Assembly (NCBI GenBank): GCA_021158625.1
Contig: JAGGUG010000044.1
Coordinates: 1-35,361 of the forward strand
Direction of reading: 5' to 3'
DNA: 35,361 bases
DNA from: Candidatus Omnitrophota bacterium
Lineage (GTDB): Bacteria; Omnitrophota; 4484-213
Positions 28,809 through 35,361 of this stretch are shown here, one piece after another. Under the pieces are notes generated by a model. The model made no database searches and was not told the DNA's origin. It worked only from the letters and a program-made list of their open reading frames with translations. The translations under genes were made by a program, and so were the position numbers. Every line of letters begins with the position of its first letter. The stretch's first letter is position 1.

Positions 28809-29264
28809 ATGAACGCAATAATGAAGAAAGGTTTTACTTTACTCGAGCTTCTAATCGTAATAAGTATAATCGCTATCCTCGCAGCTACGATGATTCCCAA
28901 CTTTATCGGCTTCGATGCAGAAGCAAAACTTGCTGCTACTCAAAGCAACCTTAATACCCTCCGCACTCGCATTGTTCTCTTTAGAACTAAAGAGGGACAT
29001 TATCCCGAAACTCTGGAAGAACTATTAGAGACCACCTATAGCGATATGGGAATAGAACGGCCATATCTGGATAGTATACCTGTGGAGTTCATCTCTTCAA
29101 AGCAGGGAAATGCTGATGTTGAGAACCAGACTTCCGAGGACCCCCTACCCGGAGACGGCGGCTGGGTCTATTTTGTAGACAAAGCAAAAGTAGTTATAGA
29201 CTGGGATATGCCCCTCGATTCAAAATGGGGAAAGTACGAGGGGGAGGTGCCATCGGAATGGTAG
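28809..29264 (+). CDS. Prepilin, GspG/PilA-like major (pseudo)pilin
   Basis: KKG|FTLLELLIVISIIAILAATMIP with Glu5; GHYP..LEEL. Confidence 0.9.
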   Translation: MNAIMKKGFTLLELLIVISIIAILAATMIPNFIGFDAEAKLAATQSNLNTLRTRIVLFRTKEGHYPETLEELLETTYSDMGIERPYLDSIPVEFISSKQGNADVENQTSEDPLPGDGGWVYFVDKAKVVIDWDMPLDSKWGKYEGEVPSEW

Positions 29265-29283
29265 TTCGTTATTGTTATAAACG

Positions 29284-29326
29284 AAGAACCCTTATTTACC
29301 CTTATTTTCCCTTATCTTCCCTTATT
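29284..29326. repeat. CCCTTAT array with a 10-nt period
   Basis: Four units followed by antisense ctaagggg. Confidence 0.9.
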
Positions 29327-29355
29327 AAAACTAAGGGGAGACAATAAATGACGCA

Positions 29356-29712
29356 ATGAACACAATAACAAACAAGGGGGTTGTGCTGTTAAGCGTTGTA
29401 ATTATTCTGCTGACCATAACCTTAATCGGTGGAAGCCTTGCCGCCTTTTTATCATCGGTTAATATCTCAACGTGCAATATAGCCGACCAAACAAAGGCGC
29501 TATACCTGGCTGAAGCAGGCATTGCTCATGCGATTCATAATCTCCGCACCGAGGCAGGAGAGGGTGGCATCCTGGATAAGACGATTGGACCCATTACTCT
29601 TGGAGAAGGAACCTATCAGGTTTCAGTGGATTTTGCCCAATCGCTGATAACCTCAACCGGGGAGGTGCGCGGAACAAGGCGAACACTCCAGTTTCAGTAT
29701 AAACCCCTATAG
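29356..29712 (+). CDS. PilX/GspK-like minor pilin
   Basis: KG|VVLLSVV without Glu5; KALYLAEAGI and ITSTG motifs typical of PilX N-terminal domains. Confidence 0.8.
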   Translation: MNTITNKGVVLLSVVIILLTITLIGGSLAAFLSSVNISTCNIADQTKALYLAEAGIAHAIHNLRTEAGEGGILDKTIGPITLGEGTYQVSVDFAQSLITSTGEVRGTRRTLQFQYKPL

Positions 29713-29737
29713 CGTTATAGGGTATAGTGTTATAGAC

Positions 29738-29955
29738 GAAGACCTTTATTTTCCCTTATTTACCCTTATTTAATAGAAGTCCCTTATTAAGAGAAAACCC
29801 TTATTTAATAAGAATCCCTTATTGAGGAAAACCCTTATTTACCCTTATAGTCCCTTATTGAGGAAAACCCTTATTTACCCTTATTTGATAGAAGTCCCTT
29901 AATTCGTCCTTATTGAAAATGAAAGAAAGACTTTATTCGCCCTTATTCACCCTTA
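29738..29955. repeat. CCCTTATT array
   Basis: About 15 units; the 3' 88 nt (29888-29975) are identical to 28734-28821. Confidence 0.95.
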
Positions 29956-29962
29956 CGCCACT

Positions 29963-30379
29963 ATGAACGCAATAACAAATAAAGGTTTTACCTACATCGA
30001 GCTTCTAATAACCCTGGTGATAATGGCGGTTTTGTTTGTCCCGATGATGCAAGTATTTTCCCATTTCCTCCATTCCACCGTGGTATCCCAGGATTTCATA
30101 ACCGCAACAAATTTAGCCAGATGGGAGATGGAGCGGGTCAAAAATCTGAATATGACCAAAGCCCAACTTAGAGAAGCGGGCGATAGCATATATCCGTCGG
30201 GTGAACCGCTTGAGATGAATAATGCAAAGTGGCGGATAAGCAGAAAGGTATTCAAAGAGACTGATCCTCTGGAGGTTCGTGTTTCTGTCTTCCATGACGG
30301 TGAACCCGACAGGCCCCTCGTGACCCTGGTGACGCTAATTGAGGATACGATTTGGGAGGAAATTCGCCCATTGGAATAA
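29963..30379 (+). CDS. PilV/GspI-like minor pilin
   Basis: KG|FTYIELLITLVIMAVL; ATNLARWEME. Confidence 0.85.
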   Translation: MNAITNKGFTYIELLITLVIMAVLFVPMMQVFSHFLHSTVVSQDFITATNLARWEMERVKNLNMTKAQLREAGDSIYPSGEPLEMNNAKWRISRKVFKETDPLEVRVSVFHDGEPDRPLVTLVTLIEDTIWEEIRPLE

Positions 30380-30384
30380 AGATG

Positions 30385-30516
30385 TTCCCTTATTCACCCT
30401 TATCAAGGAAGATCCTTATTTTCCCTTATCAAGGAAACTCCCTTATCAAAGGAAGTCCCTTATCAAAGGAAGCCCCTTATTTTCCCTTATCAAGGGACCC
30501 TTATTCACCCTTATCA
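30385..30516. repeat. CCCTTATC(AA) array
   Basis: About 10 units of the TC subtype. Confidence 0.95.
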
Positions 30517-30531
30517 AACCAAGAGGCAGAA

Positions 30532-31746
30532 ATGGTCTATCAACCCAAAGACCCCTTAGGTTTTACCCTAATTGAGCTACTGATTGCTATCGCCATATCG
30601 GTAGTAATTAGCGCGGCGATATACTTCAGTCTGAGTAGTGCCCTGGAGAGCTGGGGATATTCCCGGGACCATCTTGCTCTTCAGAAGGTTATTTCAGAGG
30701 TTATGGACGAAGTTGCGGACGGGACCTTCAGAGCATATGGACTAAAAGACAGTTTAGAAATACTATCAGCGAGCGGGACAAAGATAGAGTTTGTCCCCCC
30801 CTGGACCGACGATACCCATATGTTTATCTCTGGTGACCTAATTTATACCTTGAACCGTCGACCCAAGCCCGGGTCGGCAGTGCCAGTTGGAGAGGTTAAA
30901 TTCCCCGGCTCAGATGAGTATCGAACCATACCCGTAACTCTTGTTGAAACAGAATTTATAAAAGAACCTCAGGTTAAGATTGGCTTGGTGCCGCCTGAAG
31001 GGAGCCAACTTCGCTTTACCTACCATCCTGACCCCAAAACAAACCCCGATACAATAAAGACTATCTGGTGGGACCCGGAGGAGCAACAACTCTATTCAGA
31101 GGATATAGATGGGATAGAGAATATCTCTAGGAACCCTCTTGGAGTAAAGCTCACCGATTTTCGCCTGCGATACTACGATAACGCAAATAACCCGGTAGGC
31201 GACCAGGGCGGGCTCGACCAGAATACTCTGCTGACGGTCACCGGAATCGAGGTATGGATGAAGGCTGAACTTGGCCAATATTCACAAGAATTAGTGAGTT
31301 TCGTAAACCTGCGCAATTCACCAATGCGTAAAGGTTTCCTGACTTTAAGAGAAGGCACTAAATTTCCCATTCCTGACAGCCACAACATCCACACCCTTTT
31401 ATTGACCAACTTTTCGGGTGTAGGGAATCTGGACGAACTTCAGCTTGAAGCCACTCCATCCACAGGAAAGAGCTGGGGGGTAACTATAAAGTTTTCAAAA
31501 ACGGGTTCAGCTAAAGCCATAATAGAGACTCTTATTATAGAATATCCACCTGGCCATTCCATCTATACTGAACACCCTCGCTCAAGCGTTGAGCTGGGAT
31601 TGGATCTGCTTACCCTGGGTGCCAATGGCCTCTATGACTACGATGACGACCCGGACATCGAGGACTTTGTCCTGCTGAAGGATGAGGTGGTATTAGAGGT
31701 GAAGAGGATGGATATCGAAGGTGCCGGGCTTTTCGTTAGACCATGA
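30532..31746 (+). CDS. PilW/GspJ-like minor pilin with a leader copied from the four-helix-bundle gene
   Basis: MVYQPKDPLG|FTLIELLIAIAISVVI; GAGG RBS before ATG 30532. Confidence 0.85.
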   Translation: MVYQPKDPLGFTLIELLIAIAISVVISAAIYFSLSSALESWGYSRDHLALQKVISEVMDEVADGTFRAYGLKDSLEILSASGTKIEFVPPWTDDTHMFISGDLIYTLNRRPKPGSAVPVGEVKFPGSDEYRTIPVTLVETEFIKEPQVKIGLVPPEGSQLRFTYHPDPKTNPDTIKTIWWDPEEQQLYSEDIDGIENISRNPLGVKLTDFRLRYYDNANNPVGDQGGLDQNTLLTVTGIEVWMKAELGQYSQELVSFVNLRNSPMRKGFLTLREGTKFPIPDSHNIHTLLLTNFSGVGNLDELQLEATPSTGKSWGVTIKFSKTGSAKAIIETLIIEYPPGHSIYTEHPRSSVELGLDLLTLGANGLYDYDDDPDIEDFVLLKDEVVLEVKRMDIEGAGLFVRP

Positions 31747-32041
31747 AAAGACCCTTATTGAAGGAAGACCCTTATCAAAGGAAGTCTCTTATCAAGGGAA
31801 GCCCCTTATTTCCCCTTATCTCCCTTATTCACCCTTATCAAGGAAACTCCCTTATCAAGGGAAGACCCTTATCAAGGAAAAACCCTTATCTTCCCTTATT
31901 TTCCCTTATTCACCCTTATCCAAGAAAGTCCCTTATCAAAGGAAGACCCTTATCTTCCCTTATTTTCCCTTATCAAGAGACCCTTATCAAAGGAGGACCC
32001 TTATTTTCCCTTATCAAGAGACCCTTATTCACCCTTATCAA
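31747..32041. repeat. CCCTTATC(AA) array
   Basis: About 22 units; the longest array, directly 5' of the four-helix-bundle gene. Confidence 0.95.
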
Positions 32042-32055
32042 ACCAAGAGGCAGAA

Positions 32056-32610
32056 ATGGTCTATCAACCCAAAGACCCCTTAGGTTATAAGAAGCTCCTG
32101 ACCTGGAAACAGGCCGGCGAGATTTATCACAAGACAAAAGATTTTACCAAGAAATACCTCAATAGAACAACAGATAGAAGATTAATTGCTCATATGGATG
32201 ATTCCGCCCGGTCAGTTCAACGTAATATAGAAGAGGGTTATAAAAGGGCAACGACAAAGGAGTATGTTGAATTTCTTGGTTTCTCCCGCGCCTCTTTGGA
32301 AGAATTGAAGGGGGATGTTGAGGAGTTGAAAAGGGAATGGAAAGAAGGGGTAAGATGGGTCGATAAAGGGAAAATAGAGGAGTTGTTGGACCTTATTTAT
32401 GGCGAAGATTGTATGATGGGCAGGCAGATTGCATCTCTGGAGAGGAAGATGGTAGAGGAGAAGACTCTGCCGCAGAAAGAGATGATAATGAGAAGTTGGA
32501 AATTGGATAAATTGAGAGAGAAAAAGTTCTGGAGGTCTATTAAAGATAAATTTGGGCTTGAGAAGGATGAAAAAGGGAGGATAAGAAAGAATGATGATGA
32601 GAAAGAATAA
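32056..32610 (+). CDS. Four-helix-bundle protein (23S rRNA-IVP / TIGR02436-like family)
   Basis: GYKKLLTWKQA...HMDDSARSVQRNIEEGY.R...EYVEFLGFSRASLEEL pattern. Confidence 0.88.
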   Translation: MVYQPKDPLGYKKLLTWKQAGEIYHKTKDFTKKYLNRTTDRRLIAHMDDSARSVQRNIEEGYKRATTKEYVEFLGFSRASLEELKGDVEELKREWKEGVRWVDKGKIEELLDLIYGEDCMMGRQIASLERKMVEEKTLPQKEMIMRSWKLDKLREKKFWRSIKDKFGLEKDEKGRIRKNDDEKE

Positions 32611-32618
32611 GGAACAGA

Positions 32619-32820
32619 TTTCCCCTTATTTACCCTTATTAAGGAAACTCCCTTATCAAAGGAAGTCTCTTATCAAGGGAAGACCCTTATCAAGGAAAAA
32701 ACCCTTATCTTCCCTTATTTTCCCTTATTCACCCTTATCAAAGGAAGTCCCTTATCAAGGGAAGCCCCTTATTTTCCCTTATCTTCCCTTATCAAGAGAC
32801 CCTTATTCACCCTTATCAAA
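32619..32820. repeat. CCCTTATC(AA) array
   Basis: About 15 units directly 3' of the four-helix-bundle gene. Confidence 0.95.
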
Positions 32821-32833
32821 CCAAGAGGCAGAA

Positions 32834-33343
32834 ATGGTCTATCAACCCAAAAACGCAATAACTCCCGCCTGCCGGACGGGCAGGCAAAAACGCAATAACC
32901 CAATAACAAATAAGTGGCTATCAGTATTATTATTAGTGGTCTTCAGTGTCCTTTTCGCTACGGTTGCCTGTGCTGACGAAAAGGTATGGAGTGCTGGCGG
33001 AGATGAAACGACCTGGAGCGACGACGACAACTGGTTTCCGGCCGTTGAACCCAACAGTGAAGACGATGTCACCATAGATATGGAGGATGCCTCTGTTACT
33101 TGCACCGAGACCTTTAAAGCAAAGTCTATCGTTGTGGGTGGCAGAACGAGTTCGACCCTTACCAGCAACAACTTTGTCTACGGAACAGTAACGCCCGATT
33201 CGGCATCTGATGTGGCATTAGACAATAAAAAGGGCGGCACGATTATCCTGAAGGGTGCTGGAACGCTCACCCTGGGAGGTCAATATAGGAGTTCAGAAGA
33301 ATCTCTCATCTCCGAGCCGAGCTTTATGTTCTGGGTAAAGTAG
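32834..33343 (+). CDS. Small secreted acidic beta-rich protein (WS..NW motif, G8/adhesin-like) with a mosaic repeat-derived N-terminus
   Basis: Hydrophobic signal ending ACA|DEK; WSAGG...WSDDDNW.P..EP...DDVTI; GAGG RBS before ATG 32834. Confidence 0.7.
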   Translation: MVYQPKNAITPACRTGRQKRNNPITNKWLSVLLLVVFSVLFATVACADEKVWSAGGDETTWSDDDNWFPAVEPNSEDDVTIDMEDASVTCTETFKAKSIVVGGRTSSTLTSNNFVYGTVTPDSASDVALDNKKGGTIILKGAGTLTLGGQYRSSEESLISEPSFMFWVK

Positions 33344-33820
33344 AAGCGGATCTCCGCGGATAGCGACGCAGAAAGACGCGGATAGAATAATGGGAAAGTT
33401 ACTATATGAAAAGGAGTCGTACGAGATACGCGGCGCGTGTTTTGCAGTTTGGAAAGAATTCGGCAGTGCTTTTAAAGAGACAGTAATTGAAAAAGCCTTG
33501 GCAAAAGAGTTTAAGGAGAGAGGATTGTCTATAGATCGCCAGAAACGGATAGATATATTCTATAGGGATGAAAAAGTGGGCGTTTATATTCCAGATTTTG
33601 TAATAGATAATAAAATTATTATAGAGATTAAGGTTAAACCTGTATTGATTCAAGAAGACAGGCGACAGTTTTGGCATTACCTTAAAGGTTCTCATTATCG
33701 TCTTGGGTTTTTGGTCAATTTCGGTACGAAGAAACTTGAGATTGTTAGGAGGGTATATGATTCTGCGCGCACAAGATATCAGCGTATATCCGCGTAGATA
33801 TCCGCGTCTATCTGCTTCTA
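33341..33820. mobile_element. Inverted-repeat-bounded cassette carrying the GxxExxY gene
   Basis: tagaagcgga versus tctgcttcta (9/10 complementary); agacgcggata versus tatccgcgtct (11/11); tandem (ACGCGGA)/(TCCGCGT) units. Confidence 0.6.
33390..33797 (+). CDS. GxxExxY family protein (PD-(D/E)xK nuclease-like fold)
   Basis: LLYEKESYEIRGACFAVWKEFGSAFKETVIEKAL, PDFVIDNKIIIEIK, QFWHYLK and GFLVNFG; the signature is the variant GSAFKETVI. Confidence 0.9.
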   Translation: MGKLLYEKESYEIRGACFAVWKEFGSAFKETVIEKALAKEFKERGLSIDRQKRIDIFYRDEKVGVYIPDFVIDNKIIIEIKVKPVLIQEDRRQFWHYLKGSHYRLGFLVNFGTKKLEIVRRVYDSARTRYQRISA

Positions 33821-33848
33821 AATAACCCAATAACAGGAGGTAAAAGCG

Positions 33849-35361
33849 ATGAAAAAGAAAATTTGGATGTTGGTGTTAATAGCAATGGTCATCTTACTTG
33901 GCGTCCACTATCTTTACGCCGGCCAGCTCCTCTTTGACGGTGTTCCCGTGGACATCACCACGACCGACAATGAGGACCTGGTCATTGTCCCCGGCAGTGG
34001 TGGTAATACTCAAATAGGCGATGCCACCGGCGCAAATACCCACGCCACCTCAAACGACGATTTGCATGTGACAGGCGTTTTAGAAACCGACGGTGTCCTT
34101 TATTCTGACTCAGGCATAATTTCAGGTTCCACCATCCGCTCGGACACCGACTCAACAGATTCGCTCGGTTCAAGCTCAACTGCCTGGTTGAACCTCTATG
34201 TAGATTCAGTCAAGACTGTATCCGGCACGAACCTTATTCTTCTCCCAACCTCGGCATATACCATAATCGGCGATGCTGGCTCAGCAGGCCATGTCTCAGC
34301 CAACGACGACCTCTTTGTATCAGGCGCTTTGGAGGTTGACGGCACAATCTACGCAGACGGCGCGATTACCGCTGGGTCAAATATCATTTCCGATACCGAC
34401 TCAACCGACTCGCTCGGTTCCTCTAATATCGCCTGGTTGTACCTCTATGTAGATACTATCTCCACAACATCAGGGACAGACCTTTCGTTATCTCCAGCAT
34501 CAGGAAGCGGCGTGGATGGCTCGGTAACCCGTTCTGCCGCAACAGGTAACGAAATTGCCTACGACCTCGCCGCCACTGTAGAGAAAGCCTCGGGAGACTT
34601 TACCGGCCTCAGACTCAATGTCACAGATACCGCCTCACCCGGGCTGCTTAAACTGCAAGACCTGCAAGTCGGGGGGACTTCCATATTGCAGGTTTATGAA
34701 GACACAAACTCTGCCAACTATGGCCGTCTATCAGTCGGCTCTGCCCCCTGGGATGGCGAAGCATCAGGACACTTTGTTGGCTCCTCAGACGGCACCCAGA
34801 TTGCCGTAAATGCACCGGATACCTTTACCGGAAATCTTATTGACTTACAAGTCGCCGGTGTTTCCAAATACAAAGTTAGTTATGAGGGTATAGTTACCCA
34901 GGTTGGCTCCCAGACCGTTACTGGAAATATCGTTCCCTCGGCAGATTCAGAGTATAACCTCGGCTCAACCTCGGCTGCCTGGTTGAATCTTTATGCCGAC
35001 AATATCAAGACAGTGAGCGGCACGAACCTTATTCTTCTCCCAACCTCGGCATATACCATAATCGGCGATGCCGGCTCAGCAGGCCATGTCTCAGCCAACG
35101 ACGACCTCTTTGTCTCCGGAGCCGCAGAAGTCGACGGCACCCTCTACGCCGATGGCGGAATAACCGCCACCACTGTAAATGCCACCACCTTTGATACCAA
35201 TGTTGCTGCTGCCGGCCTCACTCTCTCCGGGACGACCCTTGCTGCTGACGGCACCGATACCGACATCAACATCGCGATTACCCCCCAGGGCGCAGGCGAG
35301 GTGGATATCAGCAAGGTCGATATCGATGGCGGGACTATTGACGCGACAACCATCGGGGCGA
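33849..35361 (+). CDS. Large exported S/T/D/G-rich repeat protein (adhesin/fibre-like), truncated by the window end; absent from the ORF track
   Basis: AGGAGG RBS; MKKKIWMLVLIAMVILLGVHYLYA signal; open to the window end; repeats SDTDSTDSLGSS..AWL.LY.D and IGDA....NDDL.V.G..EVDG. Confidence 0.88.
   Translation, partial: MKKKIWMLVLIAMVILLGVHYLYAGQLLFDGVPVDITTTDNEDLVIVPGSGGNTQIGDATGANTHATSNDDLHVTGVLETDGVLYSDSGIISGSTIRSDTDSTDSLGSSSTAWLNLYVDSVKTVSGTNLILLPTSAYTIIGDAGSAGHVSANDDLFVSGALEVDGTIYADGAITAGSNIISDTDSTDSLGSSNIAWLYLYVDTISTTSGTDLSLSPASGSGVDGSVTRSAATGNEIAYDLAATVEKASGDFTGLRLNVTDTASPGLLKLQDLQVGGTSILQVYEDTNSANYGRLSVGSAPWDGEASGHFVGSSDGTQIAVNAPDTFTGNLIDLQVAGVSKYKVSYEGIVTQVGSQTVTGNIVPSADSEYNLGSTSAAWLNLYADNIKTVSGTNLILLPTSAYTIIGDAGSAGHVSANDDLFVSGAAEVDGTLYADGGITATTVNATTFDTNVAAAGLTLSGTTLAADGTDTDINIAITPQGAGEVDISKVDIDGGTIDATTIGA
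34223..35113 (+). repeat. 96-nt near-exact direct repeat (34223-34318 and 35018-35113)
   Basis: One synonymous mismatch (gct/gcc); 795 nt apart and in frame. Confidence 0.9.

Noticed and set aside
31721-32090. ORFs 31721..32083 and 31743..32090 (also 30339..30575, and the N-terminal extensions of 30352 and 32591)
   Set aside because: They are translations of the repeat arrays (PYQ/PLS/LI low complexity) that lack stops by composition; RBS-backed starts lie downstream.
27211-32820. CCCTTAT arrays as a CRISPR array
   Set aside because: The units are 7-17 nt with no constant 23-47 nt repeat, no unique spacers and no cas genes.
34223-35113. DGR template/variable repeat pair, suggested by the Avd-like gene
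   Set aside because: Both copies are coding and in frame, the single mismatch is T/C rather than adenine-specific, and there is no RT in the window.

Overview
Bacterial chromosomal window in which every credible gene is on the + strand. The gene content suggests an anaerobe, possibly Omnitrophota-like; this is an inference and was not tested. Bases 1-19.9 kb hold housekeeping genes: trpE, trpG, a homocitrate/Re-citrate synthase-family enzyme, purA, rdgB, tRNA-Pro(UGG), an HTH/LAGLIDADG-like ORF followed by an orphan tRNA 3' half, rnfD-G-E, argJ-B-D-F-G-H, lysA, dapF and ribBA. Bases 20-35.4 kb hold a type IV pilus/T2SS-like locus: a MerR-type HTH, a PilM-N fusion, PilO(-P), a secretin with TPR, a TPR/coiled-coil/Poly_export protein, PilC, four pilin-like genes, a four-helix-bundle gene, a small secreted protein, a GxxExxY gene and a large repeat-rich exported protein that runs off the end. 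The most striking content is a layered set of short repeats. (1) CCCTTAT arrays fill the junctions of the pilin cluster. They are near-complementary to segments inside the four-helix-bundle gene, and copies of that gene's RBS and first codons now start two neighbouring genes. (2) The GxxExxY gene sits inside inverted repeats, and an apparently empty copy of that frame lies about 10 kb upstream. (3) Many different 7-8 nt tandem-repeat 'scars' sit at gene junctions and in-frame inside enzymes. (4) A CCC(C/T)GTTA...TAAC(G/A)GGG mini-element with a variable interior is inserted in-frame in four housekeeping genes. All gene calls rest on motif recognition by eye; no searches were run.
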